NCBI GenBank assembly: GCA_028691985.1
Contig: JAQUYG010000001.1
Location: forward strand, 27,617-91,616
Source: Minisyncoccota bacterium
Lineage (GTDB): Bacteria > Patescibacteriota > Minisyncoccia > JAHIHE01 > JAGLIN01
Length of the DNA: 64,000 nt
Direction of reading: 5' to 3'
In this document: positions 39,077 to 48,653 of the stretch, piece by piece
Numbering within the stretch: position 1 is the stretch's first letter
Layout of the letters: each line of letters opens with the position of its first letter
Notes under the pieces: model-generated
What the model saw: the letters and a program-made list of their open reading frames with translations, nothing else
What the model was told of the DNA's origin: nothing
Database searches by the model: none
Translations under genes and position numbers: made by a program

Positions 39077-40408
39077 CTAATAAACTTCTATATATCTTTC
39101 CTTCTCCCAATCAGTCACATGGACCCTGAATTCTTCCCACTCTGCCATCTTGATGTTGTAATACCTCTTGAATAGATCTTCCCCCAAAACAGATTTGATA
39201 AGTTCGTCTTTCTTGAGCTCATCCAGTGCCTCGCGCAAATTGTGCGGAACAGTATCAATGCCACGATTCACGATTTCTTCCGGTGTCATCTCATAAGTAG
39301 ACTCCTCAATCGGCTTGGGCGGAGTCATCTTGTTTTTCACTCCATCCATTCCCGCCGCCAACATCACCGCATAAGCAAGATATGGATTGCAAGTCGGGTC
39401 CGGACATCTGAGCTCGCAACGAGTCGAATTCGGTGATTTCGGATTTACGCGCGGAATCCTGATAAGCGCACTGCGGTTAGTCCTTCCCCAAGAAATATAA
39501 ACTGGCGCTTCATAACCGACAACCAGTCTCTTATAAGAATTAACAGTCGGATTAATAATAGCATTCATCGCCTTGATATGCTTCAACTGCCCAGCCACAA
39601 ATTGCTCGGCAATATCCGAAAGTCCATATGCACTTTGTTCGTCAAAAAAAGCATTCTTCCCGCCCTTGAACAAACTTTGATTCGTATGCATCCCTGAACC
39701 GTTAATGCCCTCAAACGGCTTTGCCATAAAAGTCGCGTGTAGTCCTAGCTCTTTAGCAACCATTTTCAGGACATATTTAAAAGTTATGGTATTGTCTGCT
39801 GATTTGATCGGACCGTCATATTTAAAATTAATTTCATGCTGACCATTTGCAACTTCATGATGGAGCGCCTCCACATCGATTCCAAAATTACCCAACGCGA
39901 TTCCCATCGCATGTCTTGTTGCCGCATCCCCATCGATCGTTTGATCAAAATATCCACCTTTATCGTGAGGCATTCTTTCCAGTGAACCATCACTATTCCT
40001 CTTCATTAGGAAGAACTCTACTTCCGGCGCCACACAATAATCGAAGCCCATCTCCTTTGCTTTCTCCATTTGCTTTCGCAAAATATATCTAGGGTCACCC
40101 TCAAACGGCTTCCCATCCGGAGTCAGAATATCGCAAATAACCCGTGCTTCCGTATGACCGTTTCCAGTCGTCCAAGGAATCACACGAAAAGTCGACATGT
40201 CCAATTTCAAAAACATATCACTTTCGGAAATCCTGGCAAAACCGTCAATTGAAGAACCGTCAAACCACTTACCGTTTTCAATCGCCTCCTCCAATTGATG
40301 AACGGGTATAGTTACCGCCTTAAGCGCCCCCAAAAGATCAGAAAACTGCAAATGTACAAACCTGACTTCATTTGCCTCAATTTCCTTTCGCACCTCTTCA
40401 GATAGCAT
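39077..40408 (-). CDS. glnA: Glutamine synthetase type I
   Basis: FDGSSIDGF..ISESDM, HHEVANGQHEI, KPF.GINGSGMH, NRSALIRIP, ELRCPDP. Confidence 0.97.
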   Translation of the reverse strand: MLSEEVRKEIEANEVRFVHLQFSDLLGALKAVTIPVHQLEEAIENGKWFDGSSIDGFARISESDMFLKLDMSTFRVIPWTTGNGHTEARVICDILTPDGKPFEGDPRYILRKQMEKAKEMGFDYCVAPEVEFFLMKRNSDGSLERMPHDKGGYFDQTIDGDAATRHAMGIALGNFGIDVEALHHEVANGQHEINFKYDGPIKSADNTITFKYVLKMVAKELGLHATFMAKPFEGINGSGMHTNQSLFKGGKNAFFDEQSAYGLSDIAEQFVAGQLKHIKAMNAIINPTVNSYKRLVVGYEAPVYISWGRTNRSALIRIPRVNPKSPNSTRCELRCPDPTCNPYLAYAVMLAAGMDGVKNKMTPPKPIEESTYEMTPEEIVNRGIDTVPHNLREALDELKKDELIKSVLGEDLFKRYYNIKMAEWEEFRVHVTDWEKERYIEVY

Positions 40409-40440
40409 AATTTTTGAGATATAAAAGATTAATAAAAACC

Positions 40441-40597
40441 AAAAAATCAAAATTACTGCATAATTTTGACCCCTCTTTCGACCCGCTCTCCAAGAGCAAG
40501 CCTTCCTTCTATAAAGAACTAAAAATAAAAAAGAGTGTTTTTTTAATTCTTATTTTAAAATACTTATTAAGTATCTCACTTTGAAAAAAAATGTCAA
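40441..40597 (-). promoter_or_regulatory. glnA 5' leader: promoter, hairpins and terminator
   Basis: TTGACA at 40592-40597; GGCTTGCTCT-tgg-AGAGCGGGTC hairpin; TCAAAATTA-tgcag-TAATTTTGA-TTTTTT before the ATG. Confidence 0.5.
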
Positions 40598-40687
40598 TGC
40601 ACAAAAACCTAAGCCTTTGTATAAAACAGTATTTTATGCTATTCTACAAGAAATAAATATTAGATAAAAATTATAAACATAGAATCA

Positions 40688-41116
40688 ATGAGGCTTAATG
40701 ATACTGAAAGTGAAGAAACTCCCAAAAGAGATTTTTTAAAAGCCATAGAAGGGATAAAAGACAGTGGTGAGCGCGAAAAAGAAATGAAAAAGGGGGATTT
40801 TATTAAAATACCGTCTGATAAATTTAAAAGATGGATTGGCGATGTTATTTTCGGAGATGAAAAATCTCTAGACAATTCAGAAGAAATAGAGGTTAAAATC
40901 TTAGAAAAAAAATATACAGAGGATGATTTTGGCAATAAATCCAATAAAGTGTTAGTTGAAGGAGGTGGTGTAAAAAAAGTAGTTTTTGCGAGTTTGTTTT
41001 TTAACTATGGTAAACCTTCAGACGATTCAGGCGATACAGATAAAGTTTTTGTGAATGGTGGTAGCGGTTTTAACCAAGCAACTGATACCGATGGTCTTAA
41101 TTATAATGTAGGATAA
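40688..41116 (+). CDS. Hypothetical protein
   Basis: 142-aa acidic ORF filling the gap between glnA and the helicase. Confidence 0.6.
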   Translation: MRLNDTESEETPKRDFLKAIEGIKDSGEREKEMKKGDFIKIPSDKFKRWIGDVIFGDEKSLDNSEEIEVKILEKKYTEDDFGNKSNKVLVEGGGVKKVVFASLFFNYGKPSDDSGDTDKVFVNGGSGFNQATDTDGLNYNVG

Positions 41117-41180
41117 AGCTTTGTCATTAAATTTTTAATGAGTTTAATCTGACAATAGTTATGGCCGAAGACTAATCTCA

Positions 41181-41209
41181 TTGACAAATGTATTTGTCTA
41201 TGCTATATT
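41181..41209 (+). promoter_or_regulatory. sigma70 promoter of the DEAD-box helicase
   Basis: TTGACA, 17 nt spacer, TATATT with extended TG; overlapped by the palindrome GACAAAT-gt-ATTTGTC. Confidence 0.7.
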
Positions 41210-41215
41210 GGTTTG

Positions 41216-41263
41216 ATGACTAACGACAATTCTTTTGCAGTTTTATATATTATAAAATTCTGA
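41216..41263 (+). CDS. Candidate leaderless uORF MTNDNSFAVLYIIKF
   Basis: ATG 7 nt after the -10 box; TGA lies inside the 5' arm of the leader terminator. Confidence 0.45.
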   Translation: MTNDNSFAVLYIIKF

Positions 41264-41298
41264 CCTTAAGGATAATCGGGTCGGAATTTTTATTTTTT
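41254..41298 (+). terminator. Terminator in the helicase 5' UTR
   Basis: AAAATTCTGACC...GGTCGGAATTTT followed by TATTTTTT. Confidence 0.65.
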
Positions 41299-41310
41299 AT
41301 AAATACCAAA

Positions 41311-43125
41311 ATGGAAAAACAGACATTTGAAGGTCTGAACATAAGACCGGAGATTTTGGGGGTGCTCGGTAAACTTAATTTTAGCACTCCTACTCCCATC
41401 CAAAGCCAGGCAATCCCAGTGGCGATCAAAGACAACGATGTAATCGGAATCGCCCAGACAGGGACTGGAAAAACTCTAGCTTTTGGAGTCCCGACTATTC
41501 AGAAATTAATGGACTCAAAAGGCTTAGCCCTGATAATCCTCCCTACGAGAGAGCTGGCTTTGCAGGTAGATGAGTCTCTCAGCAAAATCTCCAGAAATTT
41601 CAACCTAAGGTCGGTAGTCCTGATCGGTGGACAAAATATGAACAAGCAATTGCGAGATCTTAGAGCCAACCCGAGAATTATCATTTCAACTCCCGGCAGA
41701 CTTATTGATCACCTGGAAAGAAAAACCGTTCGCTTGGAAAAAGTGGAGGTTCTTGTGCTGGACGAAGCGGACAGGATGCTCGATATGGGATTTGAACCGC
41801 AGATAAAAAGGATATTACAGTCCGTACCGCAAGAAAGACAAACGATGCTTTTTAGTGCCACTATGCCGGCAGCAATCGTCAATATTGCCAATCGATATAT
41901 GAAGACTCCGCTAAGAGTGGAAGTCGCCCCGGCAGGAAGCGCAACCGAAAATGTCACTCACGAGATTTTCTTTGTAAAGGACAGCTCTAAATTGTCACTT
42001 TTAGAAAGCGTACTTAAAGATAGAAAAGGCAGCGTTCTGGTTTTTTCCAGAACTAAACATGGCGCCAAACGAATCGCTTTTGCGCTACGCAAAATGGAAT
42101 ATACCTCAACTGAAATTCACTCTAATAGAACACTTGCACAAAGAATGAGTGCGTTAGAAGGATTCAAAAAGGGCAGATACCAAGTAATGGTTGCCACTGA
42201 CATCGCCGCCCGCGGAATTGATGTTAAAGGCATCGAACTGGTTATAAATTACGACCTGCCAGATTCTCCAGAAGATTATGTGCACCGTATAGGAAGAACC
42301 GGCCGAGCTGAAAATCTCGGACACGCGATTTCTTTCGCCACGCCACGACAAGCTCATGATGTTCGCATTATCGAGAGACTTATCAAAAAAGAATTGCCGA
42401 TTTCCAAGCTTCCTGAGCTTGCTCAATTAGATCCTTCTATAAAAGAAGAACTAGCCAAGAGAGAAAGTGAACGAGGGCAGAGAGGGCGAGACGACAACAG
42501 AAGGTCTCCGTCTTCAGAAAGCCGCGGACACAGTGCTTCCGGCAGTCGCTATGGAAGAAGTGCGAAACCTGCCGACACTGTTTCGAGAGAGAAACGGGAG
42601 GTAGAAAGCAATCCTCGCCGAGGATTCCTTCCTAAACGATCAAACAGTCGTCCTTACGAAAAAACCGCATCTTCCCTAGCACAAAAGGGTAAAGACTTCT
42701 ATAAAGATTTTAACAAAGACAGCTTTTTTGAAAGCTCTGATTACAAAAAATCAGATAGCAAGGACGAAAGAACCCCTAGGGCTACCAATAGAGGTTTTCA
42801 AACAAATCACAACGAAGGCGCAAATCGCAAATCCTATGGTCACACAAGTCGACCGAACCACAATTCTTCCAACAGAAGGGGCTATAAAGACTCCAAGGAT
42901 GAAAGGATTATTCAACCAGCGGCCCGCTCAGCGAAAAGAATCTCTACTCTCGAAGAGGGACAGCAGGATAGTTATGTACAAGAACCATTTATGAATGCCA
43001 ACAAGAAACCTGACTATCGCAAACCTTTCGGCACATACAAATCTACCCAAAGAGGAAAAGGCGGCAATAGCCGTGCACCTTTCAACAAAGGTCCAAGAAA
43101 AACAGCCGCTCGAACTTCAAGATAG
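41311..43125 (+). CDS. DEAD-box RNA helicase with a long basic disordered tail
   Basis: AQTGTGKT, PTRELA, TPGR, LDEADRM, SAT, ARGID, HRIGRTGR. Confidence 0.97.
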   Translation: MEKQTFEGLNIRPEILGVLGKLNFSTPTPIQSQAIPVAIKDNDVIGIAQTGTGKTLAFGVPTIQKLMDSKGLALIILPTRELALQVDESLSKISRNFNLRSVVLIGGQNMNKQLRDLRANPRIIISTPGRLIDHLERKTVRLEKVEVLVLDEADRMLDMGFEPQIKRILQSVPQERQTMLFSATMPAAIVNIANRYMKTPLRVEVAPAGSATENVTHEIFFVKDSSKLSLLESVLKDRKGSVLVFSRTKHGAKRIAFALRKMEYTSTEIHSNRTLAQRMSALEGFKKGRYQVMVATDIAARGIDVKGIELVINYDLPDSPEDYVHRIGRTGRAENLGHAISFATPRQAHDVRIIERLIKKELPISKLPELAQLDPSIKEELAKRESERGQRGRDDNRRSPSSESRGHSASGSRYGRSAKPADTVSREKREVESNPRRGFLPKRSNSRPYEKTASSLAQKGKDFYKDFNKDSFFESSDYKKSDSKDERTPRATNRGFQTNHNEGANRKSYGHTSRPNHNSSNRRGYKDSKDERIIQPAARSAKRISTLEEGQQDSYVQEPFMNANKKPDYRKPFGTYKSTQRGKGGNSRAPFNKGPRKTAARTSR

Positions 43126-43145
43126 AACCTTATGAATTCTACACC

Positions 43146-43175
43146 AAAAAAACACCCTAAGGAGGGTGTTTTTTT
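43146..43175. terminator. Bidirectional terminator
   Basis: AAAAAAACACCCT-aagg-AGGGTGTTTTTTT. Confidence 0.85.
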
Positions 43176-43246
43176 GATTCTTACGGCCTATAATTAAAAA
43201 ATGACTTAGACATTTTCTCCTCCTCTTCTTGCAACATTTTCATTTT

Positions 43247-43579
43247 CTAATCCATCTTGCCCCTCATCTTTTTTAAATTATCCCCATATTTTTCCCGCCA
43301 ATCAGGAATTTTATCCTTGATTTTTAAAATCTTTTTCTCATACGCACCTTCCAAGTCTATGTCATACGAATTGCAAAGAGAAATCAATCCCACTAATACA
43401 TCGGCGCACTCGTCTGCCAATTCATTCTTTCGATTTTCTCCATACATTTCAATCTCCATTACCTCCTGAGCAAGCTCCCCTACTTCTTCAAAAAGCCCTA
43501 CCACATTTCCTAAGCGAGGATGCTCAATACCAGACATAATATGTCCCTGTTCGTCCTGGAGGTTTCTTAAAGTTTTCAT
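43247..43579 (-). CDS. MazG-like nucleotide pyrophosphohydrolase
   Basis: EEVGELAQE...LADECADV. Confidence 0.85.
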   Translation of the reverse strand: MKTLRNLQDEQGHIMSGIEHPRLGNVVGLFEEVGELAQEVMEIEMYGENRKNELADECADVLVGLISLCNSYDIDLEGAYEKKILKIKDKIPDWREKYGDNLKKMRGKMD

Positions 43580-43585
43580 GTATTT

Positions 43586-44125
43586 CTAATTATTTTCTTC
43601 ATTAATCCTATATAACTCCTCTTTATATTTTTCTTGAAGCATTCCCCAAATCTCTCCCGCAAGCACCCCCTCTGTAATATCCAGAAAATCAGCGATTTTA
43701 TCCAAAATAATTACTTGTGTCTTTTTGTCAGTCAAAGATAAGTAAAAGCCATTATCATAAAGATCTGCGAGTTTCACCGCTACTGCCTCAGTACCACGCT
43801 GGATTATGCGATCAAAATTTTCTTTGTACCTTTCTTTATAGACACTAATATTTTCATCCTCTGACAAACTCGCCACATTACCAGCGATATTTTCTCCAAA
43901 CTCTCGTTCAATATCCTCAATCTTCACTGCCGAATCCTCAATCAGATCATGAAGCATCGCAGTAATTACAGTTTCCGCATTTGCTCCAGTATTCATTAAA
44001 TAAAAAGCAACACGCATACTATGCAGTACTACAGGTTTGGGATTGTGTCCGCTCTTAGCATATTCACTACACAAAAAACAAATTGCTTTCTCAATTTGGA
44101 AAGAATCCTGATTGCTAATTTGCAT
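43586..44125 (-). CDS. HD-domain protein, RelA/SpoT hydrolase (Mesh1/SAH)-like
   Basis: PVVLHS.RVA, AMLHDLIEDS, VKLADLYDN. Confidence 0.82.
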   Translation of the reverse strand: MQISNQDSFQIEKAICFLCSEYAKSGHNPKPVVLHSMRVAFYLMNTGANAETVITAMLHDLIEDSAVKIEDIEREFGENIAGNVASLSEDENISVYKERYKENFDRIIQRGTEAVAVKLADLYDNGFYLSLTDKKTQVIILDKIADFLDITEGVLAGEIWGMLQEKYKEELYRINEENN

Positions 44126-44151
44126 ATTTTTATTTTTATAATAAATATGGC

Positions 44152-44582
44152 TTATGGCTTACCCAATAATTTACAACACTCTCTCGTATAGGGCGAGATA
44201 TTTTCCGGGACTTCCCTACACTCGAAACAAGCAACTTCTTCATTCTTATCTTCTTCCAAGTTCTGTGCCTTTTCCTCTGTCTTAGCAGAAAAATCGATCG
44301 CCAACCAATGTTTTCCGTCTTTTATGTAATCATTATAGTTTATTAGCGCGATATCAGAGATATCAACTCCAAGATCTTCCTTGACTTCTCTCCTGAGCGC
44401 CTCCTCACAAGTCTCACCGAATTCCACAGTGTTTCCCAGCATTGACCAGATACCTTCGTAACCCTCCCCCTTCTTTTCCGAAGACTTGGCTTTTGTTAAA
44501 ATAATTTTCCCCTCGCTATTTTTAACAAAAGCAAAACACCGAATCCGATGAAATCTCTGCCCGGTTTTAAAATATTTTCCAT
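44152..44582 (-). pseudogene. NUDIX hydrolase, frameshifted
   Basis: MENILKPGRDFIGFGV start; one base missing in a T-run near 44533-44536; Nudix box EFGETCEEALRREVKEDLG. Confidence 0.8.
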
Positions 44583-44597
44583 ATTTTTAAAATTATT

Positions 44598-44990
44598 TTA
44601 CCAAAAATACCTTGCGGACTCCATAGGCTTTATATAATTAGGAGGATAATATTTCAATAGTCCTGGATTTATTTCTACCATTGAAGCTTTGTATTCCCTA
44701 TCGCATTGATAAACACAGTTCGCCTGCTTTTCTTGAGTTTCCATATTTTTTTCGTTATCGCCATATGTCCTAAACATTTGACCTGGATTCTCCGCCTCAG
44801 AACACTCATAGACACACATCATATAGATATTCCCTTGTGTCCTTTCAGCGTTATCGTGTAAATACCACCACCACCAAATAAAAAATACAAAAAGTATTAC
44901 GAGCTTTCCAAACGAAGAAACAAGACGACGCTTTTCCACAAGACTTAGTCCGCCCTTACTTTTATCCATACTATAGTCCTTATGAATCAT
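44598..44990 (-). CDS. Hypothetical single-TM protein with paired cysteines
   Basis: TM ending WWWWY; CVYEC and CVYQC. Confidence 0.65.
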   Translation of the reverse strand: MIHKDYSMDKSKGGLSLVEKRRLVSSFGKLVILFVFFIWWWWYLHDNAERTQGNIYMMCVYECSEAENPGQMFRTYGDNEKNMETQEKQANCVYQCDREYKASMVEINPGLLKYYPPNYIKPMESARYFW

Positions 44991-45011
44991 AATTTAAGAT
45001 TAAAATTATTT

Positions 45012-45587
45012 TTATCCCAAAAATGGATTTTTCATATCAAACAAAATCCGCGGGGTATGATTATTCACGATATCTTCCGAGACTCCGTATTTTTCTTTGT
45101 AAAGTTTTGAAATTGCGCAAACGCGGCATTTTTCAATATCATATCCCAGTGATTTTACCGCCTCAACAACTGTTTTTTCATCGGGACCTTCAACCTCGAT
45201 AATCGGCTCCAAAAAAGGCCATTCGTCAATCACCACTTCGCATTTTCCCAAAGTCCAAGTTTCCCGCCTTTTTTCACTACGAGCTTTCTCACGAGCACCC
45301 ATCGTCTCCAAAAACTCAGAAGCCTCCTCCATACTTTCCGCAAAGAAACAAAATTCTCTTTGATCGGTAATTTTTTTACCGTCTATAATCTTAAGGCTCA
45401 TTGTAATCTTTTCGCCCTCATCGCGCACCCTGAGCCAACCACCCGCAATCTCACGCCCCGAAGGAAGATGTAACATAATATTTTTTTGCACATAAGAACT
45501 TTTTTGCAAAACCGCACCGATTTTTTGCAAACGGTTTTTTGCGTCTTCAATATTCACATCAGGAATTTTTAATTCAAATTCTATCAT
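45012..45587 (-). CDS. CYTH-domain (class IV adenylate cyclase-like/triphosphatase) protein
   Basis: EFELK, WLRVRDE, EKRRETW, IEVEG. Confidence 0.9.
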   Translation of the reverse strand: MIEFELKIPDVNIEDAKNRLQKIGAVLQKSSYVQKNIMLHLPSGREIAGGWLRVRDEGEKITMSLKIIDGKKITDQREFCFFAESMEEASEFLETMGAREKARSEKRRETWTLGKCEVVIDEWPFLEPIIEVEGPDEKTVVEAVKSLGYDIEKCRVCAISKLYKEKYGVSEDIVNNHTPRILFDMKNPFLG

Positions 45588-45699
45588 AATATATCGATTA
45601 TCTTAGCTATTCTTATTTACCCGAATTATAGCACAACAAACACACAAACAAAAAAAAGAAGAGCCAGATCTTCTTTTTTAAATATTTTTCATCTATAAA

Positions 45700-46689
45700 T
45701 TACGGTTGAAAAACTCCGCCTTCCGGTAAAATTTCCACAGACTTTACTTCCACGAACTGTTTCGCTGTCTTTTCGATCTGAAGCCTCAGAACATTGACTC
45801 GACAAGATCCTCCGCTAGTTGAAAAATCGGGATCGTCAAAAGCCAAAGATAGAACACCCTCATTACTCAAAGAAACATTCTCCAACTTCAACCCCTCAAG
45901 AGGAAACTCCGAACTTATGCCCGCCGTCGTTTCTATATCAGTCACGACCCCTTCCAACAAAAGCTTTATCGTATCCTCAATGACATCATCAGACTCAAGC
46001 ACTCTGCGTCCGACCACAACCATGCCAGATTCGGAACATGCCACATATCCATTTTCTTTTTCGTCTTTATAGGAGCTGTAATAGTATAACGAGACATCCC
46101 TCCACTGCTCTCTGGTCCCAAAATCAACAGGAACTTCCAGACTGTCATCATACTCTCGTATATCGGAAGGATTCTCTTTTTCAAAAACCAAAGAACCTTT
46201 CCCCCAGGCAGTATTTTTAAATCTTAAAACGACCTCGAACGGCACGAAGTCCGTTGTCATCCAATCAGCCTTGGCCTGAGCGACTGCAACTCCCAATTCA
46301 TTCTTATCTTTATCATAAATCCTAACCGGAAAAGACCCCTCGAAAAACCAAGTTCCTCTCGCCTCCCCGGTAACTTTGAGCGGACTGGATATGAGATCAT
46401 TCGGTTGTACATTATCAACTCGAATCAAATCTGACTTATCTTCCTTATCAGGAATGACTTCCTCCACAAAAATTTCTCCATCGGGAGTTCTACATTGCCT
46501 GGGATAAGATTCCATGATCTCATACCCAGCATTCAGACATTCTTCAAAACTTGCCACAACGGCAGAAGGGGTCGATCCGTTACCAAGGCCATCTTTTTTA
46601 TTGAGGACATAAAGTAAACTTGATATCACAAGCAGAAAAGCACCCAAAAACGATAACAAGGTCAGCAGAATTTTATTATTTTTCGTCAT
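45700..46689 (-). CDS. Gmad2 Ig-like plus GerMN domain protein
   Basis: SFEECLNAGY..MESYPRQC, GEARGTWFFEGSFP, GGSCRV...QIEKTAKQF. Confidence 0.85.
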   Translation of the reverse strand: MTKNNKILLTLLSFLGAFLLVISSLLYVLNKKDGLGNGSTPSAVVASFEECLNAGYEIMESYPRQCRTPDGEIFVEEVIPDKEDKSDLIRVDNVQPNDLISSPLKVTGEARGTWFFEGSFPVRIYDKDKNELGVAVAQAKADWMTTDFVPFEVVLRFKNTAWGKGSLVFEKENPSDIREYDDSLEVPVDFGTREQWRDVSLYYYSSYKDEKENGYVACSESGMVVVGRRVLESDDVIEDTIKLLLEGVVTDIETTAGISSEFPLEGLKLENVSLSNEGVLSLAFDDPDFSTSGGSCRVNVLRLQIEKTAKQFVEVKSVEILPEGGVFQP

Positions 46690-46749
46690 ATCTTTTTATT
46701 ATTTATTTTATAAGATTATTATAACACAAGATGATGTATAACACGAAAA

Positions 46750-47268
46750 TCATATTTTTCTACTGTCGTATGCCCAGTGCAAAAGCGATTGCCTCTGTTT
46801 CTTGCGACAACCAAGATCTCCTTTTTGACAATTTTTCCAGACCTGCGCGATGTGCCGTTTCATCGCTTTCCAACGCCTAACCTGCCGCGGGTCGTCTTCA
46901 TGCCTGCGCCCCATATAATATCGACAATACCACTGAAACCACCCCCGCGGGTCGTCAGTATGTATCCATCCCTTTTCTCGCCAGACAGAAAGTGGCATAC
47001 TCGCCCTAACTCCGAAAAAATTTAAACTGCAATCGGCCTTGTCGCCCTTTGCAAGCTTAGCATGGGAAAACCAAACCTTCGGAAATTCCCTCGTACAGTC
47101 CCGCATATATTTCCCGCAAAACACGCCCATCTCCAACATCTCTTTTGGCGTCAACTCTGGCTTGAAATCCTCGGCAAAATTCTCCCCGACCGATTCGGAA
47201 AGTTCATAACGATAATTTTTTTGCATCTTATCGTTAACGATGACAATTTTTTTGTTTTTTAGAGGCAT
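46750..47268 (-). CDS. Conserved hypothetical protein
   Basis: FKPELTPKEMLEMGVF.GKY, DPRGWFQWYCRYYMGRR, RQSLLHWAYD. Confidence 0.8.
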   Translation of the reverse strand: MPLKNKKIVIVNDKMQKNYRYELSESVGENFAEDFKPELTPKEMLEMGVFCGKYMRDCTREFPKVWFSHAKLAKGDKADCSLNFFGVRASMPLSVWREKGWIHTDDPRGWFQWYCRYYMGRRHEDDPRQVRRWKAMKRHIAQVWKNCQKGDLGCRKKQRQSLLHWAYDSRKI

Positions 47269-47304
47269 AATTTTTATAATATTCCTGATACTTACGCATC
47301 CAAA

Positions 47305-48141
47305 TTACCCCTTCCCGACCACTAGCATCGCTTTTTTCACTTCATCAACCGGCTCGTTAAATCCGGTTTTATAATCGCGAATCGAATCCATAAAAATATT
47401 ATAATCATAGTGATAATTTGCGCCATATCGCGTTCCTGGGTCATGGGTTATGAACTCACCCGCCCTATCGTCATAACCGATCACGATCATCTCATGAAAC
47501 TCCGGACCCGGTGCTGTATAATGAGGATTTTGGAGTTTAACTCCGTTGATCGGCACAATAACCAGATTCCCTTCAGCAAGCTCCTTTTTTATATCTTCCA
47601 ATGAGATGTCGTATTTAGTAAAAGCCCTTCCAGAGGCAAAATATTCATTCCACAATTTAAGAGTATCGGCAATCGAAAGGTCATAAGCACCACTGAAATT
47701 CTCATCCTCAAATTCCGATATCGTGATAATCTCTTCGAGGGCTTTGTCGGGACTTAATGGTTTCCCTAATATCCAATAATACGCCATCAAAAGCGATGCC
47801 TCTTCACAACCATGCTGTTGCCTTGGATCCTCCCAATCTCCGAAAGGAGCCTGCGAAGCGAAAGGAACATTTTTGATTATGATTGTCCGAGGAATATCTA
47901 TTTCTTCTGGCAAAATCTCGCTTTCATTTCCAATCTCATTAGAATCGTCTCTTTTTTCTCCCTCTATATCATCGGTTATTATGCCGCTATCCCCGCTTGA
48001 GCCTCCATTTTCAATTTCAAGCTGAGTATATGGAGGAAGCGGCTCATCTGAAATAGTTCCAACATAAAAATAAGCTGAAATAAGAATTAAAGCACAAAAA
48101 ACAAACAATATTTTGTAATTTATTTGAAAATTCATAAACAA
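47305..48141 (-). CDS. Peptidase C39-like family protein
   Basis: VPFASQAPFGDW, GCEEASLLM, HEMIVIGYD, FITHDPGT. Confidence 0.88.
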   Translation of the reverse strand: MFMNFQINYKILFVFCALILISAYFYVGTISDEPLPPYTQLEIENGGSSGDSGIITDDIEGEKRDDSNEIGNESEILPEEIDIPRTIIIKNVPFASQAPFGDWEDPRQQHGCEEASLLMAYYWILGKPLSPDKALEEIITISEFEDENFSGAYDLSIADTLKLWNEYFASGRAFTKYDISLEDIKKELAEGNLVIVPINGVKLQNPHYTAPGPEFHEMIVIGYDDRAGEFITHDPGTRYGANYHYDYNIFMDSIRDYKTGFNEPVDEVKKAMLVVGKG

Positions 48142-48161
48142 TAAATTAACATTTTATCGTC

Positions 48162-48653
48162 CTAAAAGATTCTTTTTCTCACTTGGCAAGCCGAGTTATT
48201 TCCGCTTTTTAGATAGTATTTTTGATGATAATCTTCCGCAACATAAAAATTCTTCACAGGAGAAATTTCTGTCACGGCATCGATACCTTTTTCTTTCAAA
48301 ATATCCACGAGCTTATCTGCAATTTTCTTCTGTTTTTCACTCACATAAAAAATTGCGCTGCGATACTGATCTCCGATATCTGGACCCTGACGATTTTTCT
48401 GCGTCGAGTCGTGAATTTCAAAAAAGGTTTTCGCTAGAGTTTCAAAATCAAGTTCATTCGCGTCAAAAACAATCTCCAAAGTTTCGGCATGACCCGTGTC
48501 GCCCCTACAAACTTTCTCATAAGTCGGACTTTCCGTTTTTCCACCCATATAACCCACACGCGTCGAAACAACCCCTTTCAAATTTTGGAAAGAATCCTCT
48601 ACTCCCCAAAAACATCCACCGGCAAAATACGCTTTTTGTATTTTATCCTTCAT
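48162..48653 (-). CDS. msrA: Peptide-methionine (S)-S-oxide reductase
   Basis: [28 protein letters not shown]. Confidence 0.97.
   Translation of the reverse strand: MKDKIQKAYFAGGCFWGVEDSFQNLKGVVSTRVGYMGGKTESPTYEKVCRGDTGHAETLEIVFDANELDFETLAKTFFEIHDSTQKNRQGPDIGDQYRSAIFYVSEKQKKIADKLVDILKEKGIDAVTEISPVKNFYVAEDYHQKYYLKSGNNSACQVRKRIF

Noticed and set aside
42450-43125. Repeated DSKDER motif in the helicase tail
   Set aside because: Low-complexity basic tails are usual in DEAD-box helicases; only two short copies.
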